Numbered from the stretch's first letter, positions 1 to 9,526 are shown. The stretch: 14,880 nt of DNA from Candidatus Zixiibacteriota bacterium (GCA_041742355.1 JBGSIV010000173.1:1-14880); one strand, 5' to 3'. A program made the numbers and translations. The notes: generated from the letters alone by a model not told the origin.

Positions 1-2
1 CC

Positions 3-785
3 ATGGCTGCGGGAGGGGTGGCCCGGGCGTTTGCGGGCGTCACAATGCCACGGCGCGACGTGACGATCAAGGGACTGCCCGCATCGCTCGACGGAATCCG
101 GATTCTCCAGCTGTCGGATCTGCACCTCCGGCACTATGTCACGCTCGAGGATCTCGAAGAAGTGGTGAAAATGGCCGAGGCGGAGCAACCGGATCTGGTG
201 CTCGTAACCGGCGATATCGCCGACGACCTGGAGATGCTGCCGGGAGCGATTGAACTGATTCACGGGTTGCGCGCCCCGCTGGGCACATTCGCCTGCCTCG
301 GCAACCACGAGTACTTCCGGGGAGTGGATGACGTGCGGCGAATTTTCGACCGCTCCCCGATTCCGCTGTTCATCAACCAGGGGCAGCGCATCCCGGTCAA
401 CGGCCACAGCCTCTATATTGCGGGGATCGATGATCCGCGATCGATGGGCGCCAAGGACCACGCGTTCTACGAGCGGACAGTCGATATCGCACTCGACGGC
501 GCGGGGGCGACCGATACGATCATCCTGATGAGCCACCGTCCGGATGCCTTCGACTACGCCGCCACGCGGGGAGTCGAACTCACGCTCTCGGGGCATACGC
601 ACGGCGGACAGATCGGAATCATGGGGCGCTCGGTGTTCGAGCCGGTGTGGCCGGATCGCTACTTGTGGGGGCACTATGAGCGAGAGGGCGCCCAGTTGTA
701 CACGACCTCGGGCATGGGACACTGGTTCCCGTTCCGCCTCGGTTGTCCGCAGGAAGTCCCGCTGCTGGTGTTGCGTCGAGCATGA
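3..785 (+). CDS. Calcineurin-like metallophosphoesterase (YkuE/YaeI-like), probably 5'-truncated by the window edge
   Basis: All five metallophosphoesterase motifs are present: LSDLH, TGDIAD, LGNHEY, MSHRPD and SGHTHGGQ, plus a C-terminal TSGMG..FRLGCP typical of the YkuE group. Confidence 0.9.
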   Translation: MAAGGVARAFAGVTMPRRDVTIKGLPASLDGIRILQLSDLHLRHYVTLEDLEEVVKMAEAEQPDLVLVTGDIADDLEMLPGAIELIHGLRAPLGTFACLGNHEYFRGVDDVRRIFDRSPIPLFINQGQRIPVNGHSLYIAGIDDPRSMGAKDHAFYERTVDIALDGAGATDTIILMSHRPDAFDYAATRGVELTLSGHTHGGQIGIMGRSVFEPVWPDRYLWGHYEREGAQLYTTSGMGHWFPFRLGCPQEVPLLVLRRA

Positions 786-877
786 TCATCGCGATGAAAC
801 CGCGTTCCGAGTGCAAATGTCGCGCGTGCGACGACGAAAAAAAATTTGCCAACCGGATATAAAACTGCACTTTTTCC

Positions 878-907
878 TTGCAAAAATTTTTCAAAAAAAT
901 GTATGTT
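878..907 (+). promoter_or_regulatory. Putative sigma70 promoter for the histone-like/SWIB gene
   Basis: TTGCAA (878-883), 18-nt spacer, TATGTT (902-907), inside an AT-rich island (about 836-908) in a GC-rich genome. Confidence 0.4.
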
Positions 908-1044
908 TGTGCGGAAGTGATAGTGGCGCCTCGCGAAAGCGATGCTGACGACACGCGAGGTCCCTTGAAAAAGAAAGCAACCAACGCGCATAGAGTGACA
1001 AGAACCACCGTTTTAGAAACCACCAAATGCTAAAGGAGCAACCA

Positions 1045-1620
1045 ATGGCAGTAGCCAAGAAGAAAGCCACCGCGAAGAAGGCGGCTAAGAAGCCGGTCAA
1101 AAAGGCCGCCAAGAAGACCGTGAAGAAGGCCACCAAGAAGGCCGCGCCGAAGAAGTCTGCGAAGAAGGCTCCGGCCGCGAAGAAGCCGCTCAAGAAGAAA
1201 GCCGCCCCGAAGAAGACGGCGAAGAAAGCGGTCAAGAAGACCGTGAAGAAAGCGACCAAGAAAGTCGCGAAGAAGCCCGTCAAGAAGACCGCGGCCAAGA
1301 AGAAAACGGCCAAGAAGACCGCGAAGAAGGCAACCAAGAAAGCGGCAAAAAAAAAGACCGCGACTAAGCGAGCCCCAAATCCGGCGTTCATGAAGCCGTT
1401 GCAGCCCTCTCCGGAACTCTCCGAAGTGGTCGGCAACAAGCCGATGCCGCGGACCGAAGTGACCAAGAAGCTCTGGGCTTACATCAAGAAGAACGGTCTG
1501 CAGGACGCCAAGAACAAGCGCATGATCAACGCCGACGACAAGCTGAAGAAGGTCTTCGGCGGCAAGATGCAGGTCTCGATGTTTGACATGACCAAACACG
1601 TATCCAAGCATCTGAAGTAA
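1045..1620 (+). CDS. Histone H1-like Lys/Ala-rich protein with C-terminal SWIB/MDM2 domain
   Basis: AAAGGAG RBS precedes ATG 1045. About 105 aa of KKAAKK/KKTVKK repeats are followed by the SWIB signature FMKPLQPSPELSEVVG..MPRTEVTKKLWAYIKKNGLQD..NKRMINADDKLKKVFG. Confidence 0.92.
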   Translation: MAVAKKKATAKKAAKKPVKKAAKKTVKKATKKAAPKKSAKKAPAAKKPLKKKAAPKKTAKKAVKKTVKKATKKVAKKPVKKTAAKKKTAKKTAKKATKKAAKKKTATKRAPNPAFMKPLQPSPELSEVVGNKPMPRTEVTKKLWAYIKKNGLQDAKNKRMINADDKLKKVFGGKMQVSMFDMTKHVSKHLK

Positions 1621-1645
1621 GCTGCGCTTTCTGCGAATGATACGC

Positions 1646-1678
1646 ACGGGCCGGTTTCGCGCCGGCCCGTTTCTTTTT
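1646..1678 (+). terminator. Rho-independent terminator
   Basis: Stem ACGGGCCGG/CCGGCCCGT followed by TTCTTTTT, just after the stop at 1620. Confidence 0.85.
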
Positions 1679-1780
1679 GCCCCACCTCCCGCTCACCCCG
1701 AAAGCCCTGTCGCATCGACCTCCGAATCCATATATTCCGCCAGGATACAAACCGCGACCTTCAGCCTGCAGGAGGAAATC

Positions 1781-3910
1781 ATGGCTCGCCGAACCGGCAC
1801 AAGAGAATGGATCAGCCTCACGATAGCGGCAGCGCTCGTGCTGCCCGGGGCAGTTGCAACACTGGCGGCGCCGCCGCCGTCACCCGTCAACATCGTCGTG
1901 GACACGCTGCACGGCGTCGCGGTCGGCGATCCCTACCGCTGGCTGGAGGATTCCGAAGCCGAAGACGTCACCGCTTGGACCGAAGCCCAGTGGACCTACC
2001 TCAGGGAGTATGTCGACGGCTACCCGGACACCGACAGGCTCCGCTCGCGCATCGCGTCGCTCATGCATATCGGCGGCATCGGGGCGCCCAAGGTCTGCGA
2101 CAGCCTGTACATCTTCCACAAGCGCGACAGCTCCCAGAACCACTACGTCCTGTACATGCAGCGCGGCCACCGCGGTGAGCCGACCGTGCTGCTGGATCCC
2201 AACACCTTTTCCGAGGACGGCACGGCGGCCCTGGACTGGACCTTTCTCACCGAGGACGGATCGCTGATCGCTTACGGGATCTCGCAATCAGGGTCGGAGT
2301 TGTCGACCCTGCACATCATGCGCACGGCCGACCGGAGCATGCTGCCCGATACGATCCCGCACACGCGCTGGACGAGCCTCGCCTGGCTGCCCGACAACAC
2401 CGGGTTCTACTACACGCGCTATCCCGAGCCGGGAACCGTTCCGGCCGGCGACGAAAACTACTACCGCTGGGTGTACTTCCACAAGCTCGGGGATGACTGG
2501 CGCACCGACCGGCTGGTGTGGGGTGAAGGACTGCCCAAGGACGCATCGACCAGCGTGCAGATAACGCGGGACGGCCGGCGGCTGTTCTTCGCGGCCTGGA
2601 AGGGGTGGGACGACGTCGACTACTACTACGCCGACCGCTCGACCGGCTCGGATACCCCGACGCCGCTGTTCACGGAATTCAAGGCCGTGCTGAACCTGAT
2701 ACCGCTGGACGACCGCCTGCTCATTTTCACCAACCTCGACGCGCCCCGCTACCGCCTGTTCTCAACGACCTACGACAAAGTCGAGCGGGAACACTGGGTG
2801 GAGATCATCCCCGAAAAGGAGTCGATTCTCGAGGACGTAAACGTGATCGGCGGGCGGCTGGTGGTGGAGTACCTGAAGAACGCCCACTCGGTGGTGGAAA
2901 TGTACACGCTGGACGGCGAGCTTATGAAGGAGCTGGCCATGCCGTCGCTCGGAACCGTTTCCAGCGTCAGCGGTGAAGAGGATGGCGCCGAGCTGTTCTA
3001 CTACTTCAGCTCGTTTAACGTGCCGGGCGCCGTTTACCGCTACGACTTCGCCGCCGACACCACCACGGTATGGGCGCAGATTGACGCCGGGGTGGATGTC
3101 TCCGACCTCGTGGTCAAGCAGGTCTGGTACAATTCCAAAGACGGCACGCCCGTCTCGATGTTCATCGTGCACAAGGAGGGACTCGCGCTCGACGGCAGCA
3201 ATCCGACCTACCTGTACGGCTACGGCGGGTTCAACGTCAACATGGTCCCCGGGTTTTCGCGAACGATGACGATATGGTACGACCAGGGCGGCGTGTACGC
3301 GCTGCCGAACATCCGCGGCGGCGGCGAGTACGGTGAAGAGTGGCACGACGCCGGGAAGTTCGAGAAGCGGCAGAACTCATTCGACGATTTCATCGCGGCG
3401 GCAGAGTACCTGATTGCGGAGAAGTACACGCGGCCGGACAAGTTGTGCATGTCGGGCGGGTCGAACGGCGGCCTGCTGACCGGGGCGGTCCTCGTGCAGC
3501 GGCCGGATCTCTTCGGCGCGGCAATCGTGGCCGTGCCGCTTCTGGACATGCTGCGGTACCACCAGTTCCTCGTGGCGCGGCTGTGGATCCCGGAGTACGG
3601 ATCGAGCGAGGATCCGGAGCAGTTCAAGTACCTGTACGCCTACTCACCGTATCACACCGTCAGGGACAGCGTGAACTACCCGGCCACCCTGCTGACCGCC
3701 GGCGTGTCTGACGGGCGGGTCCACCCGCTGCATGCGCGGAAGATGGCCGCCCGGCTGCAGGCAGCCGACACTTCGACAGACAGCCCGGTGCTCCTGCGCA
3801 TCGAACCCAAGGCGGGCCACGGGCAGGGGAAACCGCTCAGCAAACAGATCGACGAGGTAGTCGACGAGTGGGCGTTCGTATTCAGGGCCCTGGGGATGCG
3901 AATGCGGTGA
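1781..3910 (+). CDS. Prolyl oligopeptidase (peptidase S9A) with signal peptide
   Basis: GGAGGA RBS before ATG 1781; signal-peptide-like N-terminus; DPYRWLED; YGYGGF; NIRGGGEYGEEWH; catalytic GGSNGG (Ser), DGRV (Asp) and AGHG (His). Confidence 0.95.
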   Translation: MARRTGTREWISLTIAAALVLPGAVATLAAPPPSPVNIVVDTLHGVAVGDPYRWLEDSEAEDVTAWTEAQWTYLREYVDGYPDTDRLRSRIASLMHIGGIGAPKVCDSLYIFHKRDSSQNHYVLYMQRGHRGEPTVLLDPNTFSEDGTAALDWTFLTEDGSLIAYGISQSGSELSTLHIMRTADRSMLPDTIPHTRWTSLAWLPDNTGFYYTRYPEPGTVPAGDENYYRWVYFHKLGDDWRTDRLVWGEGLPKDASTSVQITRDGRRLFFAAWKGWDDVDYYYADRSTGSDTPTPLFTEFKAVLNLIPLDDRLLIFTNLDAPRYRLFSTTYDKVEREHWVEIIPEKESILEDVNVIGGRLVVEYLKNAHSVVEMYTLDGELMKELAMPSLGTVSSVSGEEDGAELFYYFSSFNVPGAVYRYDFAADTTTVWAQIDAGVDVSDLVVKQVWYNSKDGTPVSMFIVHKEGLALDGSNPTYLYGYGGFNVNMVPGFSRTMTIWYDQGGVYALPNIRGGGEYGEEWHDAGKFEKRQNSFDDFIAAAEYLIAEKYTRPDKLCMSGGSNGGLLTGAVLVQRPDLFGAAIVAVPLLDMLRYHQFLVARLWIPEYGSSEDPEQFKYLYAYSPYHTVRDSVNYPATLLTAGVSDGRVHPLHARKMAARLQAADTSTDSPVLLRIEPKAGHGQGKPLSKQIDEVVDEWAFVFRALGMRMR

Positions 3911-3951
3911 CACGAGCGGCGAACAGCCGCGCCCGCGTCAGCTTGGATGGC

Positions 3952-3984
3952 ATAAGAAGGGCGCCGTCGGTAGCGAACGGCACC
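3952..3984 (-). terminator. Probable terminator for the minus-strand small gene
   Basis: On the minus strand: GGUGCCGU-loop-ACGGCGCC (one G-U pair that works only on this strand), followed by CUUCUUAU. Confidence 0.5.
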
Positions 3985-4036
3985 TGAACTTGCAGCCGGG
4001 GCGTCCCCCGACCGGATCGTCGACGATGTTCACACT

Positions 4037-4264
4037 CTATCGGTCATCTGCGTCATCGTCGCCGTAGAACCGACCCTCAGTGTCAGCCTCGAGTTCGATG
4101 TCTTCATCATCGAGATCATCGAATTCGGCTTCCAAGCTCTGGTCTTCGTCTTCGTCAAACCTGTCCTCAGCGGCGGACTCGGCGCAGTCAATCGAGCAAA
4201 AGACACGGGTGCCTTTGCGGATCGGCTTGCCGGTGAGCTTTTCGCCACATTCAGCACAGCGCAT
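4037..4264 (-). CDS. Small Zn-ribbon (TRASH/MYM-like CxxC...CxxxC) protein with highly acidic tail, 75 aa
   Basis: MRCAECG...VFCSIDC followed by an Asp/Glu-rich tail; GAGGGAG RBS upstream of the ATG. Confidence 0.75.
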   Translation of the reverse strand: MRCAECGEKLTGKPIRKGTRVFCSIDCAESAAEDRFDEDEDQSLEAEFDDLDDEDIELEADTEGRFYGDDDADDR

Positions 4265-4445
4265 TGTAGAGTCTCCCTCAGTACATGTTTAATCGGGTGC
4301 TAGCGAGAACCGGCTAATTATGTATGCCTGTTCCCACGGAGCAAACATTTTTTACACCGGTTCAGAGAGGTTTTTCTTTATAAATTCACCGCCCTGTCCC
4401 CGAAAATGGAGCGGCGTATGACAGCGCCGGGGACGTCATAAGCCG

Positions 4446-4464
4446 TTATCATAACATATGATAA
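4446..4464. promoter_or_regulatory. Perfect 8-3-8 palindrome, candidate transcription-factor operator
   Basis: TTATCATA-ACA-TATGATAA in the AT-rich divergent intergenic region. Confidence 0.45.
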
Positions 4465-4651
4465 TAGATTTGCACGAGAAGGATCTGTCCTGCCGGGGCA
4501 ACCCGCCCGGTAAGCGCCGGCGCCGGACAACTCCATTTGCCGGAAGCCACGGATCAAAGAATGTCGACGATAGGGAGATAATAAAAGGGCACGCCTGGCA
4601 GCAGGCATGCCCTATAAAGGAGGAATTAGGCTATTTGACTCGCTCGCCCGG

Positions 4652-4720
4652 TTACTTGCCGATCCTCGGATCGAGGTACAGGAACAGGGCGATCTGCTCG
4701 GACAATTCATAGTTGAACAT
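4652..4720 (-). CDS. Candidate 22-aa small protein MFNYELSEQIALFLYLDPRIGK
   Basis: ATG at 4720, TAA at 4652-4654, AAAGGGG SD-like motif 7 nt upstream, and mostly G/C third codon positions like host genes. It is below the ORF-track length cutoff. Confidence 0.4.
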   Translation of the reverse strand: MFNYELSEQIALFLYLDPRIGK

Positions 4721-4957
4721 GGTGGCACCCCTTTCGGTTCGGGTTCGAGACCATCGGGTACGCCGGCGTTCTGGTCTACTATACGAGAAACGGCCGGGCG
4801 AGGTTTCACAGCGGCTGGGAGTTGTGCGGCAATTGGGCAGGCGGCGCGGGAACAGCGGCGGCCAATTTCAGCTTGGCCGATTTTCCGGGCAGCCGTATAC
4901 TGGACCCGGTACGATTTCCGACGGTCAACCTGAGGAGCAGCTCGAAACGGATCACGC

Positions 4958-7099
4958 ATGGATATTCGCCGCCTCAACCTGAGCCTTCTGCTGGTCAGCA
5001 TCCTGATGCTGTTCACCGAAATGGTGCTGATTCGCTGGTTGTCGACCGAATCCCGCATTTTCGCCTATGTCAACAACCTCGTGCTGCTCGCCTGTTTCCT
5101 CGGCATCGGGATGGGAGCGTACTTCGCGAAGCGCACCGTCCGCCTGTGGCTGACGCCGGCCGCGCTGGCGACAATCCTCGTCATGATCCAGGCCCCCCTC
5201 TCATTAAAGATCGACGGCGAGTCGCTCCACCTGTTTCGCGATGTCCCGGTCCTCCTGTCGGCCTTCACCGACTCGGTGATCTGGTATGAGACCACCCAGA
5301 AAGCCATGATGTGGAAGACGCTGCTGGGAATGGTCTCGGTCCTGGCGATCTTTGTCACCGTGCTGATCTCGGTCTTCCCCCTCGGGCAGGTGCTCGGACG
5401 GGATCTGGATTCGCACCCGCGCACGATCGCGGCCTACTCGCTCAACGTGTTCGCCAGCATCGTCGGCGTCTGGGCCTTGGCGGCGATATCGTTCTTCTAT
5501 GGCCCGCCCTTGTTCTGGTTTGTTCTGGTTGTCGGGCTCTACCTCGCACTCTTGCTCGTACAGGCCGAGCGCTCGCGGCTCGATTATATCGCGGCGCCGG
5601 TGTTGCTCGTAGTCGCAGTCGGGCTGCTGATGATTCCCGGCGCGGGAGAACCGCCGATCCGGACTGTCTGGTCCCCCTACCAGAAGCTCGATGTCCACCC
5701 GATGGAGCACCGCTCCCTCGGGGTACAGCGGGGATACCTGCTCAATGTCAATGAGGTCGGGTACATGGGCCTTTTGGATCTGTCGGATTCGTTCGTCACG
5801 CGGTATCCGGCCCTGTTCACCCTCGAGGACCGCCAGTACTCTCAGTACGATATCCCCTACCAGTTCAAACCCGACGCCCGCGAGGTGCTTATTCTCGGCG
5901 CCGGGGCGGGCAACGACGCCGCCGGGGCGCTTCGCCACGGCGTGGAACGGGTGGACGCGGTGGAGATAGATCCGGGGATCTACGCGATCGGCCGGGAGTT
6001 TCATCCGGAGCGCCCGTACGATAATCCGCGGGTGCATGTCATTATCGACGACGCCCGGGCGTACCTCGACCAGACCGATCGGAGCTACGATGTCGTCTCA
6101 GTGGGGCTCCTCGATGCCCACACGCTGTCGTCGTCGTACAACAACACCCGAATCGATCATTATGTCTATACCGAAGAGAGTCTCCGCCGCATGCGGGATC
6201 GCCTCAAGCCCGACGGCATCCTCACGGTGGCGTTCGAGGCGCGGCGGCCCTGGATCCGCCAGCGGCTGTATGATCTGCTGGAGCGGGTGTTCGGCCATGC
6301 GCCGGAGGTGCTCGCCTACCGCCACGGGCAATATGGTTTCGGCGGGACGATGTACGTGGTCGGGCGGGACGCGGATGAAGTGCAGTCGGCGATTGCCGCC
6401 AATCCGCAGTTGAAGCAGTTCGTGACCCTGTTCGGATCGCGGATGGGTCTGCAAGGCGACTCGATCAAGCCGACCACCGACGACTGGCCCTATCTCTATC
6501 TCCACACCGCGCGGATCCCCAATATGCACCTGTCGATCATGGCGATCCTCGGCGTGATGGTGGCCGGGGTGGGGCGGATTGTGGTCCGCCGCACGGGCGC
6601 GCTCGACTGGCACTTCTTCTTCCTCGGGGCGGCCTTCCTCCTCATGGAGTTTCAGAATATCAGCAAGGCTTCGCTTCTGCTCGGCTCGACCTGGCTGGTC
6701 AATTCGGTCATTATCACCGGGATCCTCGTGCTGGTGCTGCTGGCCAACCTCTTTGTGCACCGGTATCGCGTGGAGAACCTCCGGTGGGTGTATGCTGTCC
6801 TGCTGGTGAGCCTGGTGGCAATCTGGCTGGTGCCGCTGAGCCTGTTCAACACCCTTTCATTCTGGCCCCGGGCGATCCTCGGGACCGCCTTTCTCAACCT
6901 CCCCGTCTTCTTCGGTGGGATCATCTTCATCACGTCGTTCCGGAAGACGGCAGCGAAAGATCAGGCGTTCGGGTCGAACCTGCTTGGTGCGGCGGTGGGC
7001 GGTGTGATGGAGTCGTTGTCGTTCGTGGTGGGGATCAATGCGCTGGTGCTCTTGGCGGCGTTGTTTTATGTGCTGGCGATGGTGAAGGCGCGGCGGTAG
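4958..7099 (+). CDS. Membrane protein with central spermidine-synthase-like / class I SAM-binding domain
   Basis: Multiple N- and C-terminal TM helices; WSPYQK; VLILGAGAGND (Gly-rich loop); VEIDP; DDARAYL; TTDDWPYLY. Confidence 0.8.
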   Translation: MDIRRLNLSLLLVSILMLFTEMVLIRWLSTESRIFAYVNNLVLLACFLGIGMGAYFAKRTVRLWLTPAALATILVMIQAPLSLKIDGESLHLFRDVPVLLSAFTDSVIWYETTQKAMMWKTLLGMVSVLAIFVTVLISVFPLGQVLGRDLDSHPRTIAAYSLNVFASIVGVWALAAISFFYGPPLFWFVLVVGLYLALLLVQAERSRLDYIAAPVLLVVAVGLLMIPGAGEPPIRTVWSPYQKLDVHPMEHRSLGVQRGYLLNVNEVGYMGLLDLSDSFVTRYPALFTLEDRQYSQYDIPYQFKPDAREVLILGAGAGNDAAGALRHGVERVDAVEIDPGIYAIGREFHPERPYDNPRVHVIIDDARAYLDQTDRSYDVVSVGLLDAHTLSSSYNNTRIDHYVYTEESLRRMRDRLKPDGILTVAFEARRPWIRQRLYDLLERVFGHAPEVLAYRHGQYGFGGTMYVVGRDADEVQSAIAANPQLKQFVTLFGSRMGLQGDSIKPTTDDWPYLYLHTARIPNMHLSIMAILGVMVAGVGRIVVRRTGALDWHFFFLGAAFLLMEFQNISKASLLLGSTWLVNSVIITGILVLVLLANLFVHRYRVENLRWVYAVLLVSLVAIWLVPLSLFNTLSFWPRAILGTAFLNLPVFFGGIIFITSFRKTAAKDQAFGSNLLGAAVGGVMESLSFVVGINALVLLAALFYVLAMVKARR

Positions 7100-7185
7100 G
7101 GGGTAGTCGAGAAGTGTCTCCCTGTACTGCCGCATTCTACTGCGACTCTGCTTACTGCTGATCCCTTGGCGAGATTTCCCCTTCC

Positions 7186-7215
7186 TTGACTTCGTTCCCT
7201 CAACCCCTCTATACT
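7186..7215 (+). promoter_or_regulatory. Putative sigma70 promoter of the CBS-CGL operon
   Basis: TTGACT (7186-7191), 18-nt spacer, TATACT (7210-7215). Confidence 0.6.
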
Positions 7216-7309
7216 ACCCCGGCGCTTATGAACTTTCCGCCCCCGGCGGTGTTCTATGCCTTATTAAGGCCCGAAAAATAAACTCTCAGCCTATAGAGAT
7301 TGTAAACCG

Positions 7310-8341
7310 ATGAGCAGCAACCAAATCTCCCGCAAGCCGGGAATCCTCGACGAGGTCATGTTCGCCGAAGATATGACCGAAACGGTCGGCAACACCCCCT
7401 TAGTCCGCCTCCGCCGCCTCACCGCCGAACGCGGCATCAAGGGGACTATCCTCGTCAAACCCGAGTTCCTCAACCCGACCGGATCGGTCAAGGACCGCAT
7501 GGCGATTTTCCTCCTGCGGCAGGCCGAGCGCAAAGGGGAACTCAAACCGGGCGGCACGATTGTCGAGGCAACCTCGGGCAACACCGGCGCCGCTGTCGCG
7601 ATGTTCGCCGCGGCAATGGGCTACAAGGCGATCCTGACCATCCCCGATAAGATGTCCAACGAGAAGATCGACGCCCTCAAGGCGTTCGGCGCACAGGTGC
7701 ATGTCTGCCCCACGGCGGTCGAACCGACCGACCCGCGCTCATACTACGAAACCGCCAAGCGGATCGCGGCCGAGACGCCCAACTCATACTTTGTCGGGCA
7801 GTATTTCAACCTCGACAATATCGAGGCCCACTACCGCACCACCGGCCCCGAAATCTGGCGCCAGACCAAAGGGAAGATCGATATCCTCGTCGGCGGGATA
7901 GGCACCGGCGGCACGGTGTCGGGGACGGCCAAGTACCTCAAGGAGCAGAACCCGAAAGTCAAAGTGATCGCCGCCGATCCGGAAGGCTCGGTCTACTACC
8001 ACTTCTTCAAGACGGGCAAAATGCCCGAGGCGCACCCGTACGTGGTCGAAGGAATCGGCGACGATTTCCTCTGCCCCACACTCGACCTGTCGGTGATCGA
8101 CGATGTCTACCAGGTGAGCGACAAGGAATGTTTCCTCGCCGCGCGGGAACTGACGCGCAAAGAGGGGATCATGGGCGGCGGTTCCTCGGGCGGCATAGTC
8201 TCAGTCGCGCTCCGGTACGCGCAGGACATCAACATGGCCGATGACCAGCTCATGGTGGTGATCCTGCCCGATCACGGCGCGAAATATATCAGCAAGATGT
8301 TCAACGACGAGTGGATGCGCGCAAAAGGGTACATGGAGTAA
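7310..8341 (+). CDS. PLP-dependent cystathionine beta-synthase / cysteine synthase family protein
   Basis: GNTPLV, NPTGSVKDR (PLP Lys), ATSGNTG, GIGTGGT, VEGIG. The C-terminal YISKMFNDEWM is CBS-like, and there is no regulatory CBS-domain pair. Start codon is uncertain. Confidence 0.9.
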   Translation: MSSNQISRKPGILDEVMFAEDMTETVGNTPLVRLRRLTAERGIKGTILVKPEFLNPTGSVKDRMAIFLLRQAERKGELKPGGTIVEATSGNTGAAVAMFAAAMGYKAILTIPDKMSNEKIDALKAFGAQVHVCPTAVEPTDPRSYYETAKRIAAETPNSYFVGQYFNLDNIEAHYRTTGPEIWRQTKGKIDILVGGIGTGGTVSGTAKYLKEQNPKVKVIAADPEGSVYYHFFKTGKMPEAHPYVVEGIGDDFLCPTLDLSVIDDVYQVSDKECFLAARELTRKEGIMGGGSSGGIVSVALRYAQDINMADDQLMVVILPDHGAKYISKMFNDEWMRAKGYME

Positions 8342-8347
8342 GAGACA

Positions 8348-9526
8348 ATGGGACACAACAGACAGGATAACTGGCAGTTCGAAACGAAAGCGATCCACAG
8401 CGGCACGGTCCCCGAAGACGGCACCGGATCGGTAACGACCGCGATATTCCCCAGCTCGACCTATCGGGTGGAGTACCCGGGGGATGAGTCGGGGTACGTG
8501 TACGCCCGGTGGAAAAACCCCACCCGCCTCGCGCTGGAGGAGACGCTGGCAAAGCTCGAGAACGGCACCAAAGCGGCTGCGTTCTCCTCGGGGCTGGCCG
8601 CGCTCGACGCCGTGCTCAAGCTTCTCAAGAGCGGCGACCATGTCGTGGCGGTCGACGACCTCTACGGCGGCACCATGCGCCAGTTCGAGCGGATCGCCCG
8701 CCGGTTCGGGCTGGATTTCAGCTATGTCGACGGCCGCGACCCGGTGAATTTCGAACGCGCCACCAAAGAGAATACGAAGCTGTACTGGCTCGAGACCCCG
8801 ACCAACCCGCTCATGCACCTGATCGATATCGAGGCGGTCGTTGCGATCGCAAAGAAGCGGAATATCCTCGTCGGCGTGGACAACACGTTCGCGACCCCCT
8901 ACATCCAGCGCCCGCTCGATCTCGGCGCGGATATCGTGCTGCACTCGATGACCAAGTACCTCGGCGGGCACTGCGACCTGGTGGCCGGGTCGCTGATCAC
9001 GAAGGATGAAGAGCTGGGTCAGCGGGTCTGGTTCAACCAGTACGCCGGCGGCGCGCACCTGGGACCATGGGAGTCGTGGCTGGTGCTGCGCGGCCTGAAG
9101 ACCCTGCACCTGCGGATGGAGCGGCACTCGGTCAACGCGCAGAAGATCGCCGAGTACCTCGAAACGGTCGACGTGATCGACAAGGTGTATTTCCCCGGCC
9201 TCGACGGCAAGCCGGTGCCGAACCGGATGCGCCTCCCCGGCGGGATGGTGGCGTTCACCATCAAGCCGGATTTCGGCTTCGAGGCGGTCAAGGAGTTCGT
9301 CATGTCCCTGCACGTGTTCGTGCTGGCGGAGTCGCTCGGCGGCGTGGAATCGCTGGTGAATCATCCAGCGGCGATGACGCACTCATCGATCCCGAAAGAA
9401 ATCCGCGAGGAGCGGGGCATCACCGACGGCCTGGTGCGGCTGAGTGTCGGCGTCGAGCACATCGATGACTTGCTGATCGATCTCCGGCAGGCATTCGAGG
9501 TGTTGAAGAAAAAGGTCCGGGCGTAG
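8348..9526 (+). CDS. Cystathionine gamma-lyase/synthase (Cys/Met metabolism PLP family)
   Basis: [44 protein letters not shown] (PLP Lys), [19 protein letters not shown]. Starts 6 nt after the CBS gene. Confidence 0.93.
   Translation: MGHNRQDNWQFETKAIHSGTVPEDGTGSVTTAIFPSSTYRVEYPGDESGYVYARWKNPTRLALEETLAKLENGTKAAAFSSGLAALDAVLKLLKSGDHVVAVDDLYGGTMRQFERIARRFGLDFSYVDGRDPVNFERATKENTKLYWLETPTNPLMHLIDIEAVVAIAKKRNILVGVDNTFATPYIQRPLDLGADIVLHSMTKYLGGHCDLVAGSLITKDEELGQRVWFNQYAGGAHLGPWESWLVLRGLKTLHLRMERHSVNAQKIAEYLETVDVIDKVYFPGLDGKPVPNRMRLPGGMVAFTIKPDFGFEAVKEFVMSLHVFVLAESLGGVESLVNHPAAMTHSSIPKEIREERGITDGLVRLSVGVEHIDDLLIDLRQAFEVLKKKVRA

Noticed and set aside
891..1647. Minus-strand ORFs with FFAAFL/LLRGLL repeats that look like membrane proteins
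   Set aside because: Antisense artefacts of the Lys/Ala codon repeats in the histone-like gene.
1637..1780. N-terminal extension of the prolyl oligopeptidase in the ORF track
   Set aside because: It overlaps the upstream terminator. The RBS and signal peptide point to ATG 1781.
4495..4575. c-di-GMP-I (GEMM) riboswitch-like fragments (GGCAACCCGCCCG..., AAGCCACGGATC...GATAG)
   Set aside because: P2 does not pair cleanly, and the GACGCAAA junction and closing P1 strand are missing. An Infernal search would be needed to revive it.
8201..9382. 393-aa minus-strand ORF (and similar ORFs at 5204-6037 and 13917-14789)
   Set aside because: Shadow ORFs opposite well-supported genes in high-GC DNA.
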